NCBI GenBank assembly: GCA_964469025.1
Contig: CAYXXL010000001.1
Location: 1 to 40,857 of the forward strand
Direction: 5' to 3'
DNA from: an uncultured Fibrobacteria bacterium
Lineage (GTDB): Bacteria > Fibrobacterota > Fibrobacteria > UBA5070
DNA: 40,857 nt
The notes beneath the pieces were generated by a model. That model was not told where the DNA came from. It did no database searches and was given only the letters and a program-made list of their open reading frames with translations. Below are positions 16,809-25,206 of the stretch, piece by piece. The first letter of the stretch is position 1; each line of letters starts with the position of its first letter. Position numbers and translations under genes: made by a program.

Positions 16809-17986
16809 GCAGCCCTCCGCGCGGTGGTGGTGGACATTCCGGAACGGGTTTCCGCGGGTCCGGTTTCCTCGCCGACGCTCCCGGATTCCGTCTCGCGGCG
16901 GGAGAGGTTCACGAGCAGTCCCAGCGCGATCATGGAGAACGTGAGGTTGGAACCCCCGTAGCTCAAGAACGGCATCGGGAGACCCGTGGTGGGGATCAGG
17001 CGGGTGCAGACCATGGCGTGCAGCGCAGCGTACAGGCCAAGGGCGCTGGAGAGACCCACGGCCAGCAGGCGGTGTTCGCGGCTCTTGGAAAGCAGGGCCG
17101 TGCGCAGCCCGCGCCAGACCACGAGAAGGAACAGGCCCAGTATGGAAAGGGTCCCCAGAAGTCCCAGCTCCTCGCCCAGGACCGCGAAGATGGTGTCGGT
17201 GTAGGGCTCGGGCAGGTGCAGGAGCTTGGCCGTCCCGCGGCCCAGCCCCACGCCCAGGATCCCGCCGTTCCCCAAGGCCACCACCGCCTGGAGCGATTGC
17301 AGGGCCGATCCCCTGGCGTGGTCCTCGGGGTGCAGGAACGCCGCCACCCGAGCCATGCGGTAGGGTTGCAGGACCATGATGCCCGAAAGGCCCGCGAAGG
17401 CCGCTCCGCCCATGGCGGCGATGTGCTTCCACGACATGCCCGCCGCGACCAGGATGGCGAAGGAGATCATGGCCAGGGCGGTGGCGGTGGAGAAGTTGGG
17501 CTGCAGCAGGATCAGCCCGCACATCAGTGCGGTCTTCCAAAGTGCGGGAGCGAGTCCGGTCCAGCTGTCCATCCGGGCGTCCTTCCGGGAGGCGGCCCAG
17601 GCCAGGTGCAGGATGAGCGCCAGCTTGGCGAATTCCGACGGCTGCAGGGAGAACATGGCCAGACTGATCCATCTCTTGGCCCCGTTCACCGCGCCCACAG
17701 AACGCGACGCCACCGTGAACGCCAACAGCCCGATGGCGATCCAATAGCCCACCCTGGAACCGGTGCCCAGCCAGGACGGGCGCACGAGGTAGGCGGCCAG
17801 GAAGGCCACCAGCCCCACGCCCAACCGGACCAGGTGGTCGTGCAGGACGTGTTCTTCTCCCCAGCTCCACCGGATCACCGTGTAGCCCGACGACGCGCTG
17901 TAGATCATGGCGGTCCCGACGGCCACCAGTCCCAGCGCCGCGGCCAGCAGGATCCAATCCGGCTGTTCTGGGGAAGCGTGTTTCAT
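16799..17986 (-). CDS. ftsW: SEDS family lipid II flippase/peptidoglycan polymerase FtsW
   Basis: MKHASPEQPDWILLAAALGLVAVGTAMIYSAS and SLQPSEFAKLALIL, with multiple TM segments. ATG 17986 overlaps the upstream stop (ATGA). Confidence 0.9.
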   Translation of the reverse strand: MKHASPEQPDWILLAAALGLVAVGTAMIYSASSGYTVIRWSWGEEHVLHDHLVRLGVGLVAFLAAYLVRPSWLGTGSRVGYWIAIGLLAFTVASRSVGAVNGAKRWISLAMFSLQPSEFAKLALILHLAWAASRKDARMDSWTGLAPALWKTALMCGLILLQPNFSTATALAMISFAILVAAGMSWKHIAAMGGAAFAGLSGIMVLQPYRMARVAAFLHPEDHARGSALQSLQAVVALGNGGILGVGLGRGTAKLLHLPEPYTDTIFAVLGEELGLLGTLSILGLFLLVVWRGLRTALLSKSREHRLLAVGLSSALGLYAALHAMVCTRLIPTTGLPMPFLSYGGSNLTFSMIALGLLVNLSRRETESGSVGEETGPAETRSGMSTTTARRAAWA

Positions 17987-18897
17987 GCGTCCAGGAACTC
18001 CTCGGCGAAGGCCTGGCCCCTGCGTCCCACACCCAGTCCCTCCACCTTGGGAAAGCATCCGGGGCTGAACAGGATCTGTCCGCCCGACGCCGTGCATTCC
18101 AGGGCGAGCCGGGCGGAGGTCGCGAGGTCCTCGGCGATGCGGACGTCCACCAGGCGCGACCAAGCGGTCGAGATCCATTCCGGGCTTCCGGGGAGGAGCA
18201 CGACGCGCGAGGCTCGCATCCGCACCGCGTCCAGAAGCTCGAATCCCGCGTTGAAGCCGGGTCCGCCCGTCACCAGCGTCACGGGTTGGTCGAATGCCGA
18301 CAAGGCACGGTCGAGTCCCTCGGAGGTGCAGCTCGCGCTGTCGTCGAACAGGGTGGCTCCGCGGTTCAGCCCCGCCCACTGCAGGCTGTGGGAGGGACCT
18401 GTCCAGGCGTAGACGAGTTCGCGAAGGGTCCTGGTCTCGACACCCCAGCTGAGGGCCGCCGCCACCGCGGGAAGTACCGCTTCCAGATGGCGTTTCCCGG
18501 GAATGCGCAGGTTCCGCACCGGCCCAAGCACGTGCGCCTTGCCCTGGTCGGCCGCGATGAGCAGCCCGTGTCGGAGATAGCTCCCTCGCCAGACCGGTCG
18601 GTTCGTCGACCAGCTCCAATCCAGCGCCGCGGACCCGGGAAGATCGCGGTCGCCGGCGGCGCGGACGCCGGGGAATCCTTCCAGGTCGGGCCGGATGTCG
18701 TCGGCCTCCACCAGGAAATCCGCCGACGCCGGGATCGGACGCCCCCCCGGGACCTCCACGACTTCCGGTGGTCGGTGTCCCGCCGGGATCCCCTCGGCGA
18801 GTCTGCGCAGGAGGTGGGCGCAGGCGAAACGGAGTTCGGATCCGGACACCACCGCGGTGCGGGGGAGGCGCGAAACGGAGGTCGAGACAACGGTCAT
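17983..18897 (-). CDS. MurD-like protein lacking the central ATP-binding domain (304 aa; probable non-catalytic relic)
   Basis: It occupies the murD slot. The C-terminal half aligns with E. coli MurD: PGKRHLEAVLPAVAAAL vs SGQHNYTNALAALALA, FDDSASCT vs INDSKATN, and LFSPGC vs LLSPAC. No GxNGK[ST] P-loop is present, and the N-terminal GxGxxG is degenerate (VVSGSELRF). Confidence 0.6.
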   Translation of the reverse strand: MTVVSTSVSRLPRTAVVSGSELRFACAHLLRRLAEGIPAGHRPPEVVEVPGGRPIPASADFLVEADDIRPDLEGFPGVRAAGDRDLPGSAALDWSWSTNRPVWRGSYLRHGLLIAADQGKAHVLGPVRNLRIPGKRHLEAVLPAVAAALSWGVETRTLRELVYAWTGPSHSLQWAGLNRGATLFDDSASCTSEGLDRALSAFDQPVTLVTGGPGFNAGFELLDAVRMRASRVVLLPGSPEWISTAWSRLVDVRIAEDLATSARLALECTASGGQILFSPGCFPKVEGLGVGRRGQAFAEEFLDA

Positions 18898-20297
18898 GCT
18901 TTCTCTCCAGGTGTGACGGTTTCGGTCGAGACGAGACGATGGACCAGGGTGTCCAGGCGAAGGCCGTGGGAAGCCTTGACGAGCACGGCGTCGCCGCTCT
19001 CCGCCTCCGCGAGCACGGCGCGCTCGAGGGTTTCCTTGTCGGCGAAATGCCGGACCTTGTCCGGGGACATCCCGGAAGCCAAGGCGGATTTCGCGATGTC
19101 CCGGGCCTTGGGGCCCAGGCACCACAGCGCGTCCAGGGCCATCTCCCCCGCGTAGCGTCCGATGGCTTCGTGCATTTCGCGCGAGGCCACGCCCAGTTCC
19201 AGCATGTCGCCGAGCACCGCGATCCGGCGACCGCGCACCTCCATGCCGGCCAGGATGGAAAGGGCCGAACGCACCGAAGGTGGATTGGCGTTGTAGCAGT
19301 CGTCGATGACGCGGATGCCGTTGTGCTCCAACACGTTCATCCGCCCCGGCACCGCCTGGAAGGTCTCCAGTGCGTCTCGGATCTCCCCCTTCGCCACGTG
19401 GAGTTCCAGGCCCACGGCGATCGCGGACAGGGCGTTGTAGACGTTGTGCGTCCCCGGCACCGGCAGGCGGAAACGCGTGCGCCCGATGGTGAACGAGCCC
19501 CGTCCCATCCCGTCGAATTCGAGATTCGCCGGTCGGACCTGTCCCTTGCGCAAGCCGAACCCGAGCACCCTGAACCGCGCGTTCGTTCGCAGCCTCTGGA
19601 GATGGGGATCGTCGGCGTTCACCACCAGCGTTCCTCCCCGGCGAAGGCCGGCCGTCACCGCGAGTTCCTCCTTGCGCACCTTCTCCAGCGTCTGGAAGAA
19701 CTCCATGTGCTCGTGCCCGATGTTGGTGAGCACCGCGATGGTCGGGGCCAGGGCGCGGGAGAGGGGCGCGAGCTCGCCGGGGCCGGACGTGCCCAGCTCG
19801 ACCACGGCCGAGCGGTGCCGGTCTCCGATCCCCAGGAGCGTGAGCGGCACGCCCACCCGGTTGTTGAGGTTGCCCTCGGTGCGCAGGACCGGTCCGCGCG
19901 ACTCCAGAACCCGGGCCACCATCTCCTTGGTGGTGGTCTTGCCGTTGGATCCCGCGATCGCGATCCTGGGTATCCGGTGCCGTTGGGCGTGCCGTCCCGC
20001 AACGCGCAGGAAGGCATCGTGCACGTCGTCGACGGGCAGGTAGACGCCCACTTGACGGAAATTGTTATCTAGCCATTTTCGTTCCACCACGGCGGCGATC
20101 CCCCCCTTCTCGAAGGCGTTCTGCACGAAATCGTGCCCGTCGAACCTCTCGCCCTTCAGCACCCAGAACACCTGACCCTTGGCGAACGTCCTGGAGTCGG
20201 TGCCCACCGCGATCCTGCGGTCGGCTCGCGGAATCGGCCTGCCCCGGGGGGTCGTTCCCAGCCATTCCACCAGTTCGGACCATCTCAGGACCGGCAT
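18894..20297 (-). CDS. murF: UDP-N-acetylmuramoyl-tripeptide--D-alanyl-D-alanine ligase
   Basis: Internal ATG 20297 gives MPVLRWSEL... The sequence has FWVLKGERFDGHDF and the P-loop IAGSNGKTTTKEM. Confidence 0.92.
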   Translation of the reverse strand: MPVLRWSELVEWLGTTPRGRPIPRADRRIAVGTDSRTFAKGQVFWVLKGERFDGHDFVQNAFEKGGIAAVVERKWLDNNFRQVGVYLPVDDVHDAFLRVAGRHAQRHRIPRIAIAGSNGKTTTKEMVARVLESRGPVLRTEGNLNNRVGVPLTLLGIGDRHRSAVVELGTSGPGELAPLSRALAPTIAVLTNIGHEHMEFFQTLEKVRKEELAVTAGLRRGGTLVVNADDPHLQRLRTNARFRVLGFGLRKGQVRPANLEFDGMGRGSFTIGRTRFRLPVPGTHNVYNALSAIAVGLELHVAKGEIRDALETFQAVPGRMNVLEHNGIRVIDDCYNANPPSVRSALSILAGMEVRGRRIAVLGDMLELGVASREMHEAIGRYAGEMALDALWCLGPKARDIAKSALASGMSPDKVRHFADKETLERAVLAEAESGDAVLVKASHGLRLDTLVHRLVSTETVTPGEKA

Positions 20298-21751
20298 GCC
20301 GACCCCTCCCTGGCCGCCAGAGCGGCGGACAATTCCTGTACATCGTCGAAATGGCTCTTCCGGGTTCCCACGACCTGGTAGTCCTCGTGTCCTTTTCCGG
20401 CCACCACCAGGAAGTCGCCCGGCTCCAGCAGGGCCGCCGCCGTGGCGATGGCCTCCCGGCGGTCGGCGATCCGGATCGACCGGGAGCCTCCCGGGATTCC
20501 GGCGCAGACTTCGTCGAGGATGGACTCCGGGTCCTCCGTCCGGGGATTGTCGGAGGTCGCCACGGCGAGGTCGGCGATGCGCGCGGCGATTCCACCCATC
20601 AGGGGGCGCTTGCCCTTGTCGCGATCGCCGCCGCAGCCGAACACGCAGACGAGCCGACCGGAAACCAGGGGTCGCAACCCCTCCAGGAGCCGTTCCAACG
20701 CATCGGGGGTGTGGGCGTAGTCCACGGCTCCCCGGAACACGCCCGAACGCACCACCTGGCATCGTCCCGGCACGCGCGTGTCCTTCGCCGCACGGCGCAC
20801 GGCCTCGGGTTCCAGGCCAAGCTCCAAGGCCGCAGCCGCCACGCCCGCAAGGTTCCGGGCGAAGACCTCTCCCACCAGGGGACTCTCCAATTCCAGATCG
20901 CCGTCCCTGGACGCCAGTCGGAACCGATTCCCGTCCAGGTCGACGCTCAGGTCCAATATCCGCCAATCGGCGGTCGGATCGCCGAGGGAGACCCCCCGGC
21001 AGCGGGATCCCGTGCGGCCCGCCAGGATCCGTCCCCAGGGGTCGTCGACGTTGACGACCGCGATGCCGTCCGGGGCCAGGTGGCCGGAGAACAGGAGCGC
21101 CTTGGCCTCGAAGTACTCCTCCATGCCGTGGTGGTAGTCCATGTGGTCGCGCGACAGGTTAGTGAAGATCGCCGCCTTCGCGCGGATGCCGCCCAACCGG
21201 CCCTGGTGGAGGGAGTGGCTGGAAACTTCCAGCACCAGGGACTTCGCCCCGGCCGCGGCGGCCTCGGCGACGAATTCCCACAGGGCGACCGCGTCCGGTG
21301 TCGTCATGGACGAAGCGCTTTCCCCGCCCGGGTGCCTTCGGACCACGGTGGAGGAAAGGGCCGGCGCCAGCCCGGCTTCGCGGAACACCGCTTCGGCGAG
21401 GTAGCACGAGCTGGTCTTGCCGTTGGTGCCCGTGACGGCCAGCACGAGCATGTCGCGGTCGGGCTCGCCCGCGAGCACCCGGCAGATCGGGCCCGTGGCG
21501 TCCGGCACCGAGTCCACCAGGACGCGTCCCGGCAGGTGCGCCAATTCCCGTCTGTCCGTCAGGACCGCCGCGGCCCCGGAAGCCAGGGCCTGGTCGGCCC
21601 AATCGTTCCCGTCCCGGACGGTTCCGCGCACCGCGCAGAAGAGGCACCCGTCCCGCGCCGTCCGCGAATCCAGGCTCGCCCGGGAGATTTCGGGGTCGTT
21701 TCCGGACGTCGCGACGATGCCCGCGCGGTCCAGGAGTCGGGAAAGCCTCAT
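20285..21751 (-). CDS. murE: UDP-N-acetylmuramoyl-L-alanyl-D-glutamate--2,6-diaminopimelate ligase
   Basis: MRLSRLLDRAG..., the P-loop VTGTNGKTSS and the DAP-type DNPR motif (TSDNPRTEDP). ATG 21751 overlaps the ftsI stop (ATGA). Confidence 0.92.
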   Translation of the reverse strand: MRLSRLLDRAGIVATSGNDPEISRASLDSRTARDGCLFCAVRGTVRDGNDWADQALASGAAAVLTDRRELAHLPGRVLVDSVPDATGPICRVLAGEPDRDMLVLAVTGTNGKTSSCYLAEAVFREAGLAPALSSTVVRRHPGGESASSMTTPDAVALWEFVAEAAAAGAKSLVLEVSSHSLHQGRLGGIRAKAAIFTNLSRDHMDYHHGMEEYFEAKALLFSGHLAPDGIAVVNVDDPWGRILAGRTGSRCRGVSLGDPTADWRILDLSVDLDGNRFRLASRDGDLELESPLVGEVFARNLAGVAAAALELGLEPEAVRRAAKDTRVPGRCQVVRSGVFRGAVDYAHTPDALERLLEGLRPLVSGRLVCVFGCGGDRDKGKRPLMGGIAARIADLAVATSDNPRTEDPESILDEVCAGIPGGSRSIRIADRREAIATAAALLEPGDFLVVAGKGHEDYQVVGTRKSHFDDVQELSAALAAREGSACRS

Positions 21752-23331
21752 CCCGGGGCCTCCGATCCGGCGATGTCGCGCATCCGCTTCTGCTGGGCGG
21801 AATCCGACCGCCCGTGCGGCTGTCCCAGCCAGGCGTGGAGGGTTCCCGGCGCGTCCACGGAACCGGCTCCCCAGGGCAGCGCCGGGTCCTCGAGCGCGAA
21901 CCGCGCGATGCGCGCGAAGGCCGGTGCCGCCGCGAGTCCGCCCGTGTGGCCGTTCGCGGTGGGGTCGTCCAGCACCACCAGGCACACCAGTGCGTCGGGC
22001 TTCAAGCCGACGATCCCCACGAAGGACGCCATGAAGTGGTCCTGGAAGTACTTTCCGGTGGAAGCGTCCACCTTCTGCGACGTTCCCGTCTTCCCCTCCA
22101 CTTCCTGTCCCGCGATTTCCGCCAGGCGCCCCGTGCCGCTGTCCACCACGCGCCCCAGGGCGGCCAGGACCATGTCGGCCGAACGCCGCGTCACCGCGCG
22201 CCGCACCGGGCGGGAGGGAAACCGCTGGACGGTGTCCCCCTGCGCGTCCACGAGCGCCCGCACCAGGCGGGGACGCACCAGCACCCCGCCGTTGGCGATG
22301 GCCGCGTAGGCGGAAGCGAGCTGGAGAGGGGTGACGGTCACTTCCTGCCCGATCGCCAGGGTCGGAAGCGTCCGGACCGACCACTGGTCCACGGTCCTCA
22401 GGATTCCGCCCTCCTCGCCGGGGATCTCCACTCCCGTCGGGGTCCCGAACCCGAAGTCCCGCGCGGCCCGGTAGAGCCGCTCCGGACCCACGCGGGTCGC
22501 GATCTGGGCGAAGCACACGTTGCTCGACTTCTCCAGGCACCACCCGACGTCGAAGGTGCCGACCTCGGCGTGGGCGTCGTGGATGGGGGCCGAGCCGTCT
22601 CCCGGATTCCAGTAGGGCCCCACGGTGAACAGGGTGGAGAGGTCCACCGATCCGGCATCAAGGGCCGCCGAGAGGGTCACGGCCTTGAAGGTCGACCCCG
22701 GCTCGTAGGTGCGGTTGACGATCCCCGCGTCCACGCGTCCCTGGAGCATCTCCTGGCGGTTCCCGGGAGCGGGCAGGGACGCCGCGGCGGCGATGTCGCC
22801 CGTTCCGGCTTCCAGGACCAGCGCCACCCCTCCCGCCGCCTTGTGCGAAGAGACGGCGTCGGCCAGGATCTTCTCCACCTCGGCCTGCAGTCCGGGCCGC
22901 AGGGTCGTGACCACGGAGAGTCCTTCCCTGGCGCCGTCGCCGTCCTCGTCGAAGCCGGGCCACGGCTTGCCACGACCGGTCCTGCGAGCCACCTTCCAGC
23001 CCGCCGTCCCGCGCAGCTGCCTGTCCCACCTGTATTCCAACCCCATCAAGCCGGATCCGTCCCGGCCGACCACCCCGAGGATGGGGAGCGCGAGCGAACC
23101 CCACGGCCATTCCCGACGCCCGTCCGGACCGTCGGCGGCCAGCACCGATCCGTCGGTGCCCAGGATCTCGCCGCGCGGTGCTGTCAATATCTGTCGCATC
23201 CTGGTCTGGGCCCTGGCGACCTCCCGGAGTTCCTTCGAGCGCACCACCTGGATCCAGAACAGCCTCCCGGCCAGCACCAGGAAGAGCAGGGTGAACAGTC
23301 CCCGCAACAGGCGGATCCGGGAATCCTTCAC
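21748..23331 (-). CDS. ftsI: Peptidoglycan D,D-transpeptidase FtsI (class B PBP)
   Basis: N-terminal TM segment, STFK (SxxK), SSN (SxN) and KTGT. The GTG start overlaps the upstream stop (GTGA). Confidence 0.9.
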   Translation of the reverse strand: MKDSRIRLLRGLFTLLFLVLAGRLFWIQVVRSKELREVARAQTRMRQILTAPRGEILGTDGSVLAADGPDGRREWPWGSLALPILGVVGRDGSGLMGLEYRWDRQLRGTAGWKVARRTGRGKPWPGFDEDGDGAREGLSVVTTLRPGLQAEVEKILADAVSSHKAAGGVALVLEAGTGDIAAAASLPAPGNRQEMLQGRVDAGIVNRTYEPGSTFKAVTLSAALDAGSVDLSTLFTVGPYWNPGDGSAPIHDAHAEVGTFDVGWCLEKSSNVCFAQIATRVGPERLYRAARDFGFGTPTGVEIPGEEGGILRTVDQWSVRTLPTLAIGQEVTVTPLQLASAYAAIANGGVLVRPRLVRALVDAQGDTVQRFPSRPVRRAVTRRSADMVLAALGRVVDSGTGRLAEIAGQEVEGKTGTSQKVDASTGKYFQDHFMASFVGIVGLKPDALVCLVVLDDPTANGHTGGLAAAPAFARIARFALEDPALPWGAGSVDAPGTLHAWLGQPHGRSDSAQQKRMRDIAGSEAPG

Positions 23332-24533
23332 GGTCGCACCTCGGCGAGGGAGGTGTCCGGTTCCGGGAGGCGGAACTGGCGCAGGGGCCTGCGGTACCCG
23401 TACAAGGCGGCCCGCGCGGCCACCCCGGAAGGCTGGCGCTCTGCGCGGACGGCGGCCTGCATCTGGACCAGGCTGTCGCCCAGCCTCCGGCCATCGGCGC
23501 GGGCCGCCTCCAGCCCCTTCTCCAGCTCCACGTGCCTGGTCTGGCGCCAGACGCAGCCCACCATCACGGAGCCCACGAGGCCCACCATCACCATGGCGAC
23601 CAGGATTCCCGCCAAGGCGACGCCTCGGCGCTTCTCCACCACGCGCAATTGCGCCGAACGGGCCCGCGAGTTCGCGGCGACTTCGTCGGCGGACGGTTTT
23701 TCCAGGCGGACCACCCAGTCGCCCTTCCGATCGGGGCGGTTTCCGTAGAGGTCCCGCCGGGGGTCGGGGTCGTCCCCGATCAATCCTCGCAGGAGTCCCT
23801 TGACCAGGCGATCTTCCACGGAATGGTAGGTGAGCACGGCCAGGCGTCCTCCCGGCGCCAGGCGCTCCCAGGCCGAGGGGAGTGCCTCCTCGATCTCCTC
23901 CAATTCCCGGTTCACCAGCATCCGCAGAGCCATGGCCAGGCGGGCGAGTTCGCGGGGGCGGTCGCGCATGCCGCGGGGGAAGGCGGAAAGCAACGCGGCT
24001 TCGAGGTCGTCCGACACCAGGTCTCGGGTGGCGGCGATCCCGGAGAGGTGGCGGGCGACGGTGCGGGAGCGCGGCACGTCCGCCAGGTCGGACAACCGGC
24101 GCCCCAGGTCTTCGCTGTCGGATTCCGTCAGCACGGCGCGGAGATCGAATTCCTCCCCGCGGTCCATCCTGAGGTCCAACGCGACGCCCGGTCGGATGGT
24201 GAACCCGCGCTCGTCCTCGTCGATCTGGCGGCTGGACACCCCGAAGTCGAACAGGAAACCCGCCGCTCCTCCGGTGGCCTCCACCGCGGCCAGCTTCGAG
24301 AAGGCCGTGTGGACGCAGGTGAACCTCGCGTCGTGCGAAAGGCGGGCCGCGGCTTCGCGCAGGGCGTCTGCGTCCCGGTCCAATCCCACCACGCGGGCCT
24401 GGGGCGGCAACCTGGCGAGAAGGGCCTCGCTGTGGCCTCCGTCGCCGAGCGTGCAGTCTATGACAGTTCCTGTCACACCCTCGGCCAGCAGCGCGGAGAT
24501 GCGCCCGGCCAGCACGGGGACATGGCGGATCAC
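23328..24533 (-). CDS. rsmH: 16S rRNA m4C1402 methyltransferase RsmH fused in frame to an FtsL-like TM/coiled-coil tail
   Basis: GTG 24533 overlaps the mraZ stop. The RsmH part is HVPVLAGR..DCTLGDGGHS..SRARSAQLRVVEKRR (about 303 aa). With no stop it continues into GVALAGILVAMVMVGLVGSVMVGCVW plus ELEKGLEAARADGRRLGDSLVQMQAAV (98 aa, about 23331-23624). Confidence 0.8.
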   Translation of the reverse strand: MIRHVPVLAGRISALLAEGVTGTVIDCTLGDGGHSEALLARLPPQARVVGLDRDADALREAAARLSHDARFTCVHTAFSKLAAVEATGGAAGFLFDFGVSSRQIDEDERGFTIRPGVALDLRMDRGEEFDLRAVLTESDSEDLGRRLSDLADVPRSRTVARHLSGIAATRDLVSDDLEAALLSAFPRGMRDRPRELARLAMALRMLVNRELEEIEEALPSAWERLAPGGRLAVLTYHSVEDRLVKGLLRGLIGDDPDPRRDLYGNRPDRKGDWVVRLEKPSADEVAANSRARSAQLRVVEKRRGVALAGILVAMVMVGLVGSVMVGCVWRQTRHVELEKGLEAARADGRRLGDSLVQMQAAVRAERQPSGVAARAALYGYRRPLRQFRLPEPDTSLAEVRP

Positions 24534-24979
24534 GAATCCCCCTCGGGGACCTGCAGGGTGTCCAGGAAGCCGTCGAATCCGGGAGCGTCGGTGCCCAGGA
24601 CCTCGGATTCGAATCGGGAAGGATGCATGAGCGAAACGCGGTCTCCCTCGCCCACGAAGGTGACGCGGGTTTCCAGGGAGGCCCATTCCATCAGGCGCGG
24701 AGGGATCCCCAAGCGGTTCTGTTCGTCGAGCTCCGACGTGGCTGCCATCGCCGTCATGCGGCGGATGGAGGCGGCCAGTTCCACCGTCCGCTCCCGGGAT
24801 TGGAGGGATCGGAGGAGCCGCTCGAAGGACGGCGCGTCGAACAGCAAAAGCGTTCCCTTTGGACCCGGGACCACCACCACCTTGCCGTCTGCCGAAGCAG
24901 GGAGCTCGCGACGCAACTCGCGGGGCAGGTTCGTCCTGCCCTTGGCGTCAATCGCGACGGTGCTGTGGCCGTAAAACAC
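24530..24979 (-). CDS. mraZ: Transcriptional regulator MraZ
   Basis: 149 aa with a GTG start. FYGHSTVAIDAKGRTNLPRELRREL and EQNRLGIPPRLMEWASL give two SpoVT/AbrB-like halves typical of MraZ. It is the first gene of the dcw cluster. Confidence 0.92.
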   Translation of the reverse strand: MFYGHSTVAIDAKGRTNLPRELRRELPASADGKVVVVPGPKGTLLLFDAPSFERLLRSLQSRERTVELAASIRRMTAMAATSELDEQNRLGIPPRLMEWASLETRVTFVGEGDRVSLMHPSRFESEVLGTDAPGFDGFLDTLQVPEGDS

Positions 24980-24999
24980 TCCCTATTTCCTCCAGAACA

Positions 25000-25025
25000 A
25001 CCCGCTTTTACCCACGGGCACCCAC
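25000..25025 (-). promoter_or_regulatory. Putative MraZ operator: three direct hexamer repeats with 10-bp phasing
   Basis: On the mraZ sense strand the sequence reads GTGGGT gccc GTGGGT aaaa GCGGGT. The repeats occupy 25025-25020, 25015-25010 and 25005-25000, which is 21-46 nt upstream of the mraZ start. Confidence 0.5.
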
Positions 25026-25100
25026 AATTAATACCAATTCACTGCTCCCCCCCGCAAGAGAGGCCCATGAACCATGCGGTTGTATCGATGGGTTTGGGGG

Positions 25101-25200
25101 AATTCCACATTCATTTTATCTATATAATGTTGTATTTTGCGAATTAACTACTACATCTAGCACATAAGCGATTTAGTCACCCTTGATTCAACGGAAATAC
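25101..25200. promoter_or_regulatory. AT-rich core of the mraZ / 25277-gene divergent intergenic region (likely promoters)
   Basis: A hand count gives 31 G+C in these 100 nt, against about 65-75% elsewhere. It contains TATAAT at 25123-25128 on the + strand. No convincing -35/-10 pair could be assigned. Confidence 0.4.
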
Positions 25201-25206
25201 CCCACG

